Assembly: GCA_019115785.1 (NCBI GenBank)
Contig: DXCX01000100.1
Location: forward strand, 26,624-58,623
DNA: 32,000 bases
Direction: 5' to 3'
Source of the DNA: Candidatus Intestinimonas merdavium
GTDB taxonomy: Bacteria; Bacillota; Clostridia; Oscillospirales; Oscillospiraceae
Within the stretch, counting starts at the first letter, position 1; every line of letters begins with the position of its first letter. Both the position numbers and the translations under genes were made by a program. Positions 20,882 to 29,954 of the stretch are shown in pieces. The notes under the pieces are model-generated. The model was not told the origin of the DNA and searched no databases. It saw nothing but the letters and a program-made list of their open reading frames with translations.

Positions 20882-20910
20882 TATCATCCCACTGGGTACT
20901 GTGGTATAAT
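20882..20910 (+). promoter_or_regulatory. extended -10 promoter for nrdR
   Basis: TGgTATAAT at 20902-20910. The -35 (TATCAT, 20882-20887) is weak. Confidence 0.5.
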
Positions 20911-20962
20911 GCGTCCAAGAGAAGTTTTGGACAGACAGGATTGAGAGAGGGGGGCGGTACCC

Positions 20963-21418
20963 ATGAAGTGCCCATTCTGCGGCAATTTGGAGAGTAAGGT
21001 CGTAGATTCCCGGCCCTCGGATGAGGGCGCCAGTATCCGGCGCAGAAGGGAATGTCTGGCGTGCCATAAGCGATTCACCACCTATGAAACAATGGAGAGC
21101 TTGCCTCTGGTTGTAATTAAAAAGGACGGCAGCCGCCAGACCTTTGACAAGGACAAGCTGCTTGGGAGCATGCTCAAGGCCTGTGAAAAGCGGTCAGTAC
21201 CTATGTCTAAGCTGGAGAAAATTGCAGTGGAAATCGAACAGGCGCTTCAAAATGATATGGAGCGGGAGGTCAGTTCCTCCGTAATCGGGGAACTGGTGAT
21301 GGAAAAGCTCAAAAATGTGGACGAGGTAGCCTATGTACGTTTTGCCTCAGTTTATCGGCAATTTAAGGACATTGGTACCTTTATGGAAGAGCTCAATAAA
21401 CTGATCGACAATAAATAA
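20963..21418 (+). CDS. nrdR: transcriptional repressor NrdR
   Basis: Zn ribbon MKCPFCG...[16 protein letters not shown], then an ATP-cone ([16 protein letters not shown] ... [13 protein letters not shown]). Confidence 0.95.
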   Translation: MKCPFCGNLESKVVDSRPSDEGASIRRRRECLACHKRFTTYETMESLPLVVIKKDGSRQTFDKDKLLGSMLKACEKRSVPMSKLEKIAVEIEQALQNDMEREVSSSVIGELVMEKLKNVDEVAYVRFASVYRQFKDIGTFMEELNKLIDNK

Positions 21419-21426
21419 TTGACCCA

Positions 21427-21520
21427 GTCCCCCTGAAAAACGGCACATTGTCCCCCTAAATTTGACTCAAACTTGAAGCGAGAGTGCGTTGGAACCATCC
21501 AGCGTACCCTCGCTTTTTTT
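21427..21520 (+). repeat. direct repeat copy A (includes the nrdR terminator)
   Basis: It aligns by eye with 21899-21998. Shared blocks: CCCTGAAAAA(C/T)GGC, TCCCC, CAAAC, GCGAG(A/G)GT(G/A)CG, ATCCAGC(G/A)TACC(C/A)TCGC and a T-run. Confidence 0.5.
21478..21520 (+). terminator. rho-independent terminator after nrdR
   Basis: GCGAGAGTGCGTTGG / CCAGCGTACCCTCGC 15-bp stem (G-U pairs), then TTTTTTT. Confidence 0.8.
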
Positions 21521-21573
21521 ATACCCCGCGGCAGAGCCATGGGACAGGGCTGATCTTAAATTTGCTCAAGAGA

Positions 21574-21593
21574 TATTCCAAAATATTCCAAAA
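21574..21593 (+). repeat. perfect tandem duplication of TATTCCAAAA (2 x 10 bp)
   Basis: Read directly: TATTCCAAAATATTCCAAAA. Confidence 0.9.
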
Positions 21594-21898
21594 CACCGCC
21601 GTGCGTGGCCGTGATTGACGCAAAAATATTACGTGGATGTGGCGCGTGGCCCGGGGGAGAAAGGGGATAATTGGGAAGAGTGTATGGTGACAAAATAATA
21701 CAGATAAAAGACTGTTTTGGAAAGGATGGAGACAATAATTGATGATGACCTCACATTTAAAATAGGTCATTCGTCCATTAAAAATGACACGAGGGAGTCT
21801 AAGGGAAAAACCTTTGACTCCTCGGAGTTTTGAGGCCGGGGAAGGACATTCTGGACGGGACAAGAGGACTGTTTTGAAGGAGACGTCAACAAAAGACC

Positions 21899-21998
21899 TG
21901 TTGCCCTGAAAAATGGCGGGTTCCCCGCCGAATTAGGCCCCCAAACATTGGCGAGGGTACGCTAAAGAAATCCAGCATACCATCGCCTTTGGCTTTTT
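21899..21998 (+). repeat. direct repeat copy B (includes a second terminator-like hairpin at 21950-21998)
   Basis: GGCGAGGGTACGCT / AGCATACCATCGCC stem, then TTTGGCTTTTT. It is homologous to copy A. Confidence 0.5.
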
Positions 21999-22171
21999 GT
22001 ACTGTCCGGATATTCTAGAGCAGTGAACCTGTTCAAGCTCCTCTTTTCCTTGTTTTTTCACCGGGACATACGCAATCCTATGCAAATCATATGTCTTATG
22101 ACATGGATGGGCAAGAGGGAAAGGGCGCATAGAGAGGTAAGACTTGCCCAGACTGAAAAATCCATGGTATG

Positions 22172-22552
22172 TCACAATAGATTCTGTAGGCTGAACTGCT
22201 CCATGGAGGCCACCAGCTCCAGCCGAGCGATGAGCCGGGCATTGGAGGCGGCATATTCCTGTAGCTCCCGAGTGTGTAGAAAGCCCTCTACCTCCCGGAA
22301 ACTGGTATAAACTTCATCAGTGTCAGCGTGGCGCAGCGTGGTGTAGAGGTAGAGCTCCCGATCCTGCCAGTGTTGGAGTGCCTCATGGGTAAGCGAGTCT
22401 GCCGCATCCCAGTGTTCCTGATGAGCCTGGAGCTGAGCCTCCTCCAAAAGCTGGGCGATGCTTCCGGTTAGATGTTTCAGGTAGAGTGAGTTACCAACAG
22501 TGATAGCAAAGATTATGGTCAGCAAGGCGAGAGAGAACCAAAGCCGCCTCAT
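22172..22552 (-). CDS. DUF4363-like small membrane-anchored protein
   Basis: Starts MRRLWFSLALLTIIFAITVGNSLYLKH (N-terminal TM), followed by a helical domain. The ATG lies 1 nt after the stop of the upstream DUF421 gene. The DUF421/DUF4363 pairing is recalled as typical of Clostridia. Confidence 0.7.
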   Translation of the reverse strand: MRRLWFSLALLTIIFAITVGNSLYLKHLTGSIAQLLEEAQLQAHQEHWDAADSLTHEALQHWQDRELYLYTTLRHADTDEVYTSFREVEGFLHTRELQEYAASNARLIARLELVASMEQFSLQNLL

Positions 22553-22553
22553 G

Positions 22554-23231
22554 TCATACCGCCTCCCTGGCCACAAAGCATACATTTCCAGCTTCGTCCA
22601 CCGACAGGAGGAAAACTTCAGAGGGAGAGCGGACGCCATGCTCTGTAAGCCGCTGCTCTAGCCAACGTTGGTCCAGACCCTGGGCCTTTAGAGCGCGTTC
22701 CATGAGACGGCCATCGTTGATGAGCACCACTGGCAGCCCATGTTCTTGGGGAGATAAGCCCATCTGTCCGGCAGTCACTGGCTGCTCCGCTGCCCGGGGG
22801 AGAACGGATACCCGGCCACTGGTCTCCAAAATGGCATATTTGACAGTATTGAGGTCGGTGATACCCTGAGCTCGGAGTTCCTCATGGAGTTCGTCCACGG
22901 TAAACCGGTTGCGCCGCATTTCCCTCTGGTCCACCTTGCCATCTCTGACAATGACGCTGGGGCGTCCGCAGAGCACCGCACGGAATCGGACGCTGCGCAT
23001 GGTGAGCACGGAGAGAATCATGGTGAGGCACAACAGAGTCAGGATGGGGAGCACACCGGCGAGAAGTGGGATACCGAAATCCTGCATAGGAACGGCTGCC
23101 AAGTCGGCAATGATGAGATCCAGTACCAGCTCCGAGGGCTCCAGCTCTCCCACCTGGCGCTTGCCCATGAGTCGAATGCCCAGAATAATGAGCAGATAGA
23201 GAATGACGGTCCGTACCACGCCGATAACCAT
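22554..23231 (-). CDS. DUF421 (YetF/YdfS-like) membrane protein
   Basis: N-terminal TM pair with GKRQVGELEPSELVLDLIIADL. The C-terminal soluble domain has RNRFTVDELHEELRAQGI...VKYAILETSGRVSV. Confidence 0.85.
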   Translation of the reverse strand: MVIGVVRTVILYLLIILGIRLMGKRQVGELEPSELVLDLIIADLAAVPMQDFGIPLLAGVLPILTLLCLTMILSVLTMRSVRFRAVLCGRPSVIVRDGKVDQREMRRNRFTVDELHEELRAQGITDLNTVKYAILETSGRVSVLPRAAEQPVTAGQMGLSPQEHGLPVVLINDGRLMERALKAQGLDQRWLEQRLTEHGVRSPSEVFLLSVDEAGNVCFVAREAV

Positions 23232-23449
23232 AAGTGAGCCCCCCCAGGAAGATAACGTAGTCTAGTCAGTATGGACATGAAAGGGAGATTTTATTCCGAA
23301 TTTGGGAAGTGTGTGTAGATGGAACGACTGTGGAGACTGCCCTTGTACGGCCCACGTATTTGGATGCCAACAGACTGATGTTTCCGGCTTTTCAGGATAG
23401 ATTACTTGTGGTAAAATGAACTGTAATCCCAAAGAATCCGGAGGCCCAT

Positions 23450-24292
23450 ATGAAGAAAAAACACCTGCGCGTCCTGCTGAGCACAACAGCAGCGGCCACT
23501 GTTGTGGCTGCCGCGTTGAATACGCACCTCACCGTGCGGCACTACACGGTAAAAACAGGGGAAGTTTCCCGTCCTGTCCGCCTGATGCTGCTCACAGATC
23601 TTCACTCCTGCGACTATGGAAGAGGCCAGCGGGAGTTGCTGGATGTGGTGGAGGAACAACACCCCGACGTGATCTTGCTGGGAGGAGATATTCTGGATGA
23701 CGATCCGGAGCTATCAGAGGAAAATGCCTGGATGGTGGTGGAGACCTTGGGCAGGGCCTACCCCACCTTCTATGTCACCGGAAATCATGAGTTTATCAGC
23801 GGAAGGGTGGAGGAGATCAAAGCCCGTATGGAGGACTACAACGTCACTGTGTTGGCGGGAGCGTGTCGCACGGTTGTGTTTCAGGGCCAGCCCATCCATA
23901 TTTGTGGTATTGACGACCCCAAAGTAGGGGCGGACATCTGGCAAGCGCAGCTGGAGCAGGCCGCTTATGGGGCGGAAGGGGAGGGCCTGTCCCTTCTGCT
24001 TACCCACCGCCCCGAACGGACAGAAGCTTATCAGGAGCTGGGCTTTGACCTTATCCTGTCTGGTCATACCCATGGGGGGCAGTGGCGTGTTCCGGTCCTG
24101 CTCAATGGGCTCCTGGCACCCAACCAGGGTTTTTTCCCCTCCTATGCCGGAGGGCGCTACCAACTGGGAAAGACCACCCTCATCGTCAGCCGTGGACTGG
24201 CCCGGGAATCCACCCGGCTGCCACGAATTTTCAATCAGCCGGAAGTGGTGGTTGTGGATCTTGCCCCATCCACACAAACAGCAGAAAAATAA
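23450..24292 (+). CDS. membrane-anchored metallophosphoesterase (YkuE-like)
   Basis: N-terminal hydrophobic anchor. Calcineurin-like motifs LLTDLHS, LLGGDILDD, VTGNHEF, LLLTHRP, SGHTHGGQ. SD GGAGG lies 5 nt before the ATG. Confidence 0.85.
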   Translation: MKKKHLRVLLSTTAAATVVAAALNTHLTVRHYTVKTGEVSRPVRLMLLTDLHSCDYGRGQRELLDVVEEQHPDVILLGGDILDDDPELSEENAWMVVETLGRAYPTFYVTGNHEFISGRVEEIKARMEDYNVTVLAGACRTVVFQGQPIHICGIDDPKVGADIWQAQLEQAAYGAEGEGLSLLLTHRPERTEAYQELGFDLILSGHTHGGQWRVPVLLNGLLAPNQGFFPSYAGGRYQLGKTTLIVSRGLARESTRLPRIFNQPEVVVVDLAPSTQTAEK

Positions 24293-24391
24293 TTAGGCAA
24301 ACAGCGTATTTTTTAGGTATATCATGCGGAATGACTGTGAAAAAGGTCAGAATATCTAATTGATTTGTCCAAAACCACGGTTTTGAGATGC

Positions 24392-24405
24392 TGCAAAAAA
24401 ATTCA
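24392..24405 (+). promoter_or_regulatory. possible ARG-box (ArgR/AhrC operator) next to the carA promoter -35
   Basis: TGCAAAAAAATTCA matches the recalled core TGAATAAAAATTCA at 12 of 14 positions. It ends 1 nt before the -35 hexamer. Confidence 0.25.
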
Positions 24406-24406
24406 G

Positions 24407-24435
24407 TTGTCAAGGGACTGGATTTGGGTTAAAAT
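24407..24435 (+). promoter_or_regulatory. sigma-A promoter for carAB
   Basis: TTGTCA (24407-24412), 17-nt spacer, TAAAAT (24430-24435). Confidence 0.55.
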
Positions 24436-24474
24436 CGAACGGATAAACTGGAAGAGAAAGGCGGGCTGTGATAG

Positions 24475-25560
24475 ATGAAGGCGACCTTGATCTTGGAAAA
24501 TGGTATGACCTTTACCGGGGAGAGTATTGGCGCTACGGCGGACCGAATCTGTGAGATGGTGTTCAATACCTCCATGGTCGGCTATCAGGAGATCCTCACC
24601 GATCCCTCTTATGCCGGTCAGGGCATTGTAATGTCCTATCCCCTCATTGGCAATTATGGTGTTAATTCGGAGGATAATGAGTCCTCTCGTCCCTGGGGTG
24701 AGGCCTTTGTGGTGCGGCATCTGTCCCGGCGGGGCAGCAATTTCCGCTGTGAGGGCGATTTGGATGATTATTTAAAAGAACACGGTATCACGGGCATACA
24801 GGGCGTGGACACCCGCGCTATCACCCGCACACTCCGCAGTCAGGGTACCATGAACGGTATGATCACCTGTGCGGAGCATTTTTCTATTCAGGACCTGCTG
24901 GAGCCCATCCGAGCCTACCGGGTCCAGGGTACTGTGGAACGGGTGAGCAGGGAGGAAGTCCAGATCTATCCCTCCATTCCCCGGCAGAAGCTGCGGGTGG
25001 CTTTGCTGGACTTCGGCGTCAAGGAGAATATGATCCGCTGCCTCCAGGCGCGGGGCTGTGAGGTCACCGTATTCCCGGCCCACACCACCGCTGTGGAGAT
25101 TCTATCCGGAAAATTTGACGGCGTGATGCTTTCCAACGGCCCCGGAGATCCCGCTGATAATGTGGCTATCATCGCAGAGATCAAGGAGCTCTATGCCTCG
25201 GGAATCTCCATTTTCGCCGTATGCCTGGGCCACCAGCTTATGGCTCTGGCCACTGGCGCTAAGACCCGGAAGATGCGCTTTGGACACCGGGGGGGGAACC
25301 ATCCGGTAAAAGATTTGGACGCCGGTCGGGTGTTCATTACCTCTCAGAATCACGGCTATGTGGTCACCGCCGAAAGTGTCAAGCCCGAGGTAGCCATGGT
25401 CTCACATATCAACGTCAATGAGGGCAGCGTAGAGGGCCTGCGCTACACAAACGGAAATGTCTATACTGTGCAGTTCCATCCTGAAGCCAGTCCTGGGCCC
25501 AAGGACACGGAATATCTCTTTGATCGGTTTGTCCGCCGGATGGAAGGAGGCGCTTGGTAA
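24475..25560 (+). CDS. carA: carbamoyl-phosphate synthase small (glutaminase) subunit
   Basis: Motifs [27 protein letters not shown], GATase catalytic [26 protein letters not shown]. Confidence 0.95.
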   Translation: MKATLILENGMTFTGESIGATADRICEMVFNTSMVGYQEILTDPSYAGQGIVMSYPLIGNYGVNSEDNESSRPWGEAFVVRHLSRRGSNFRCEGDLDDYLKEHGITGIQGVDTRAITRTLRSQGTMNGMITCAEHFSIQDLLEPIRAYRVQGTVERVSREEVQIYPSIPRQKLRVALLDFGVKENMIRCLQARGCEVTVFPAHTTAVEILSGKFDGVMLSNGPGDPADNVAIIAEIKELYASGISIFAVCLGHQLMALATGAKTRKMRFGHRGGNHPVKDLDAGRVFITSQNHGYVVTAESVKPEVAMVSHINVNEGSVEGLRYTNGNVYTVQFHPEASPGPKDTEYLFDRFVRRMEGGAW

Positions 25561-28500
25561 TGCCAAAGAATCCGAATATCAAAAAAGTCCTGGTGCTGGG
25601 CTCTTGGCCGATCGTCATCGGTCAGGCGGCTGAGTTTGATTATGCCGGCACCCAGGCCTGCCGTGCTCTGAAGGAAGAGGGCGTGGAGGTGGTGCTGGTT
25701 AACTCTAACCCTGCCACTATCATGACCGATAAGGACATCGCTGACCATGTCTATATCGAACCCTTGAACATCGCCTCTGTGACCCAGGTCATTCAGCAGG
25801 AGTGGCCCGACTCTATCCTGCCCACACTGGGCGGGCAGACCGGCCTTAATCTGGCGATGAACCTCTACGAGCAGGGAATCCTGGCCGAGTATAATGTGAA
25901 GCTCCTGGGTACCAGCCCCGAATCCATCCGCAAGGCGGAGGACCGCCAGGGCTTTAAGGACGCTATGGAAGAGATTGGCCAGCCCTGTGTCACCTCCGAT
26001 GTGGTGGAGAGCGTGGAGGACGCTGTGACCTTCGCAAACTCCATCGGTTACCCCGTCATTGTCCGGCCCGCTTATACCCTGGGCGGGACTGGGGGTGGCA
26101 TTGCCTATGATGAGCCCTCTCTTCGGGAGATCGCCGACCGAGGGATCCACCTCTCCCGGGTGGGCCAGGTCCTCATCGAACGCTCTATCGCTGGCTGGAA
26201 AGAGATTGAGTTCGAGGTCATGCGAGACTCCGCTGGAAATGTTATCCAGATCTGTTCCATGGAGAATATCGACCCTGTAGGCGTTCACACCGGCGACTCC
26301 ATCGTGGTGGCACCCACCCAGACCTTGGCCAATAAGGAGTATCAGATGCTCCGGACCGCCTCCCTGAACATCATCTCCGCACTGAAGATTGAGGGTGGCT
26401 GCAACGTCCAGCTGGCCCTCAACCCTGACAGCTATGAGTATGCGGTTATTGAGGTCAATCCCCGAGTGAGCCGATCCTCCGCGCTGGCCTCCAAGGCCAC
26501 CGGCTACCCCATTGCCAAGGTGGCCGCGAAGGTCGCCCTGGGCTATACGCTGGACGAGATCCCCAACGCGGTGACCGGCAAGACCACCGCCTGTTTTGAG
26601 CCCACCCTGGACTACTGCGTTCTGAAGCTGCCCCGTCTGCCCTTTGATAAGTTTACTACCGCCAGCCGCACCTTGGGTACCCAGATGAAGGCCACTGGAG
26701 AGGTCATGGCCATCGGCAACTCCTTCGAGGGGGCCCTCATGAAGGCCATCCGCTCTCTGGAGCTGCCGGTGAAATCTCTGCGCATGGATGGCCTGGAGGA
26801 GCTCTATACGGAGGAGATCGAGGACCGTCTCATCAATGTAGATGACCAGCGGCTCTTTGTGGTGGCCGAGGCCCTGCGCCGTGGTTTTTCTCCTGAGAAG
26901 ATCAATAAGATCACAAAAATGGATATCTGGTTCCTGGACCGGTTCAAGAATATCGTGGACATGGAAGATGCGCTGGACCACGGCCATCTGGATGAGCACA
27001 CCTTGCGCAAGGCAAAGGAGATGGGCTTCTCCGATGTGTGGATCGCCGCCCTCTCCGGCAAGACCGGGGCTGAGATCAAGGCCCTTCGGGAGTCCATGGG
27101 CATCGTACCAGCCTTCAAAATGGTAGACACCTGCGCAGCCGAGTTTGAGGCCCAGACACCTTATTACTACTCCACCTACGATGAGGAGAACGAGGCTGCC
27201 CAGTCCCATGAGTGGGGTGATGCTCCGGTGTGTGAGACCCTGGCTGCTGCCCCCGCCCACGCCTATACTCCCGACCCGGGAAAGAAAAAGGTACTGGTGC
27301 TAGGCTCCGGCCCCATCCGCATTGGTCAGGGCATTGAGTTCGACTATTGCTCCGTACACTCCGTCTGGGCATTCAAGCGCTTGGGCTATGAGACCATTAT
27401 CATCAATAATAACCCCGAGACCGTCTCCACCGACTTTGATGTGGCTGACAAGCTCTACTTTGAACCTCTGACCCCTGAGGATGTCCAGAATGTAGTGGAG
27501 TTGGAGAAGCCCTGGGGCGCTGTGGTCCAGTTTGGCGGTCAGACCGCCATCAAGCTGGCCAAGGCGCTCACCGCCATGGGGGTTCCCATCTTGGGTACAT
27601 CCTCTGACGGTGTAGATGCCGCCGAGGACCGGGAGCGTTTCGATGAGATCCTACAGAAATGTGGTATTCCCCGGGCAGCTGGAAAAACTGTCTTCACCAC
27701 TGAGGAGGCTCTTGCCGCCGCTCATGAGGTGGGTTATCCCGTATTGGTGCGGCCCTCTTATGTCCTGGGAGGACAGGGCATGGAGATCGCCTATAACGAC
27801 CGAAACATTGTGGAGTTCATGCGCATCATTAACCAGACGGTACAGGAGCACCCCATTCTGGTGGATAAGTACCTGATGGGACGAGAGGTAGAGGTGGATG
27901 GCGTCTTCGATGGGGAGGACATCCTCATCCCCGGCATTATGGAGCACGTGGAGCGGGCTGGCGTCCACTCCGGTGATTCTATATCGGTCTACCCGCCCCT
28001 CCACATCGAGGAGAAGCACAAGGAGACCATTCTCCACTACACCTATGATCTGGCCAAGGCACTGGGTGTCATCGGACTCATTAACATCCAATTTATCCTC
28101 TTTAACGATCAGGTTTACGTGATTGAGGTCAATCCCCGCTCTTCCCGGACCATCCCCTATATTTCCAAGGTGACCGGGGTGCCCATCATTGACCTGGCCA
28201 CCAAAGTCATGCTGGGACAGAAGCTAAAGGACCTGGGCTACGGCACCGGTATTTATCCGGAGGCGAATTACTATGCTGTCAAGATGCCCGTCTTCTCCTT
28301 TGAAAAGCTCACTGACGTGGATACGGGTCTGGGGCCGGAGATGAAATCTACTGGAGAATGTTTGGGCTTGGCCGAGTCCTTCCCACAAGCACTGCTCAAA
28401 GCCTTTAAAGGTGCCAACCTGAAGGTCCCCAAGAAGGGCGGACGAGTCATCATCACTGTGAAGGATGAGGATAAAGGTGAAATGATCGGCATTGCCCGGG

Positions 28501-28829
28501 GGTTGGAGGACATGGGCATTGAGATCCTGGCTACCTCTGGTACCTGCAATGCCCTCAATGCCGCCGGTGTCCCTGCTCGGAAGGTGGCTCGAGTTTCCCA
28601 GGCCCACCCCAACATTCTCGACATGATCGCATCTGGCTCTATCGACCTTATCATCAACACTCCCACCAAAGGACGCAAGCACGATACTGATGGGTTCAAG
28701 ATCCGTCGGGCCGCTGTGGAGCACTCCGTGGCCTGTGTTACCGCAATCGATACCGCTCACGCCATTCTCACCGTTCGGGAACAGGGCCGGAGCGCCGACC
28801 TGCACCCCATTGATATTACCAAAATCTAA
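25560..28829 (+). CDS. carB: carbamoyl-phosphate synthase large subunit
   Basis: The ATG overlaps the carA TAA (TAATG). Two ATP-grasp halves are present ([15 protein letters not shown] / [14 protein letters not shown]; [23 protein letters not shown] / [21 protein letters not shown]), plus a C-terminal MGS-like domain. Confidence 0.95.
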   Translation: MPKNPNIKKVLVLGSWPIVIGQAAEFDYAGTQACRALKEEGVEVVLVNSNPATIMTDKDIADHVYIEPLNIASVTQVIQQEWPDSILPTLGGQTGLNLAMNLYEQGILAEYNVKLLGTSPESIRKAEDRQGFKDAMEEIGQPCVTSDVVESVEDAVTFANSIGYPVIVRPAYTLGGTGGGIAYDEPSLREIADRGIHLSRVGQVLIERSIAGWKEIEFEVMRDSAGNVIQICSMENIDPVGVHTGDSIVVAPTQTLANKEYQMLRTASLNIISALKIEGGCNVQLALNPDSYEYAVIEVNPRVSRSSALASKATGYPIAKVAAKVALGYTLDEIPNAVTGKTTACFEPTLDYCVLKLPRLPFDKFTTASRTLGTQMKATGEVMAIGNSFEGALMKAIRSLELPVKSLRMDGLEELYTEEIEDRLINVDDQRLFVVAEALRRGFSPEKINKITKMDIWFLDRFKNIVDMEDALDHGHLDEHTLRKAKEMGFSDVWIAALSGKTGAEIKALRESMGIVPAFKMVDTCAAEFEAQTPYYYSTYDEENEAAQSHEWGDAPVCETLAAAPAHAYTPDPGKKKVLVLGSGPIRIGQGIEFDYCSVHSVWAFKRLGYETIIINNNPETVSTDFDVADKLYFEPLTPEDVQNVVELEKPWGAVVQFGGQTAIKLAKALTAMGVPILGTSSDGVDAAEDRERFDEILQKCGIPRAAGKTVFTTEEALAAAHEVGYPVLVRPSYVLGGQGMEIAYNDRNIVEFMRIINQTVQEHPILVDKYLMGREVEVDGVFDGEDILIPGIMEHVERAGVHSGDSISVYPPLHIEEKHKETILHYTYDLAKALGVIGLINIQFILFNDQVYVIEVNPRSSRTIPYISKVTGVPIIDLATKVMLGQKLKDLGYGTGIYPEANYYAVKMPVFSFEKLTDVDTGLGPEMKSTGECLGLAESFPQALLKAFKGANLKVPKKGGRVIITVKDEDKGEMIGIARGLEDMGIEILATSGTCNALNAAGVPARKVARVSQAHPNILDMIASGSIDLIINTPTKGRKHDTDGFKIRRAAVEHSVACVTAIDTAHAILTVREQGRSADLHPIDITKI

Positions 28830-28844
28830 ACTGGAGGGGATGCT

Positions 28845-29507
28845 ATGCGGCTTCGCCGACTGCGGTTTGATATCTGGGTGTGTATGCTGTTGGCCTACCT
28901 GATCTCCATGGGGGCGGTTGCAATAACCTCCGCCATCAGTGATGCCACGTATGAGGAGTATGTGGCGGACCATTCCGCACTTTCTGGAGAGGCGGGCAGC
29001 CTGGCCGGGGAGGACGTGCCTCGTGCTCAGAGCGTACAGGACCTACTGACAATGGATACCTTCACCATCCTCTCTCAGGGTATCTCCTATCGCAATGAGG
29101 GGGCGGGGTACTATGAAGATATGTATCTCTATAATCTGGCCCTTCCCTCTGGCGAGCGGGTGGCCGCCTACATCAACCTGGAGAGTGTCCAGACCCAGGG
29201 GGACATCTACTCCGGGGAAGTGGTCCTTCCAGTGGGGCGGTTGGTGTGGGCCAATCTGGAGGAAGATGAGGCCTTTATGCAGCAAATCACTGTAGGGTAT
29301 CCTCTGAACCGCACGGACTTCTATGTGGATATGACAGGGAATGCCGCCCGGTACAGCGAGGAATACCGGGAGGAGCACTATACTAAGTGGGCGCAGGGGA
29401 TCACCATCTTGGTCTGCTTCCCACTATTCCATGCTCTGGGTTCCCATTTTGGCCTTTTCCCCGCTTTTTTTCCCTCAAAGCGCCAGAAAGAAACGGACCC
29501 ATTTTGA
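28845..29507 (+). CDS. hypothetical membrane protein (N- and C-terminal TM segments)
   Basis: The ATG is 5 nt after GGAGGGG and 16 nt after the carB stop. It has a hydrophobic N-terminus (IWVCMLLAYLISMGAVAITSAI), an acidic Tyr-rich middle and a hydrophobic C-terminus (ITILVCFPLFHALGSHFGLFPAFF). No family recognised. Confidence 0.6.
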   Translation: MRLRRLRFDIWVCMLLAYLISMGAVAITSAISDATYEEYVADHSALSGEAGSLAGEDVPRAQSVQDLLTMDTFTILSQGISYRNEGAGYYEDMYLYNLALPSGERVAAYINLESVQTQGDIYSGEVVLPVGRLVWANLEEDEAFMQQITVGYPLNRTDFYVDMTGNAARYSEEYREEHYTKWAQGITILVCFPLFHALGSHFGLFPAFFPSKRQKETDPF

Positions 29508-29769
29508 ATCCATTTCTTTGGAACCTTATTTCTCACTTTTCTTTTAATTTAGAAAGCGAGAGGGCGGGTTATTCCATAAAAAAGCTGCTGTGTATGTGCC
29601 TGTTTCTGTCGTTGCAATGCCTTTCCGCCTGTCAAGAGGATATAGGAGACATGAGTGGGAAACCAGTGATTTATTTCTGCCCGAAGGAGCGGACGGAATT
29701 CACTATAAAGCTTGATTTTCATGGGCCCCTTTGTGGAATGGGGTGGGACAGAAATTTATTAGGATGCAC

Positions 29770-29805
29770 TAGCCGCCCCGGAAAATCCGGGACGGCTATC
29801 TTTTT
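29770..29805 (+). terminator. rho-independent terminator upstream of the guaA promoter region
   Basis: TAGCCGCCCCGG / CCGGGACGGCTA 12-bp stem with 1 mismatch and a 5-nt loop, then TCTTTTT. Confidence 0.65.
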
Positions 29806-29954
29806 GCTACAAAACGCAAGTGGGAAAGCAATCGTTTTTGGGCAGGGGAGAGGGTGTTCGGGGGTTGTGCTCCCCTTCTGAGTGTGCTATTCTAAGATAT
29901 AAAATACAGCCCTCCTGGGGAGGACAACATTTCACATTAGAGAAAGAAGGCTGG

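Noticed and set aside
25461-27260. 599-aa ORF antisense to the carA end and carB
   Set aside because: It is a shadow frame of a highly conserved gene, with a Gly/Leu/His/Asp-rich nonsense composition.
29696-29713. EcoRI (GAATTC) and HindIII (AAGCTT) sites 6 bp apart, which could suggest vector contamination
   Set aside because: There is no other polylinker-like or vector sequence around them. Two 6-mers occurring this close is compatible with chance.
29508-29954. An expected purine/guanine or ZTP riboswitch upstream of guaA
   Set aside because: None of the conserved cores (GGATATGG, TTTCTACC and CCGTAAA for purine; the GGGTCGTG...CCGCCTGGG pair for ZTP) is present. There is only a short ~60-nt leader after a TTGTGC-17-TATTCT promoter-like element.
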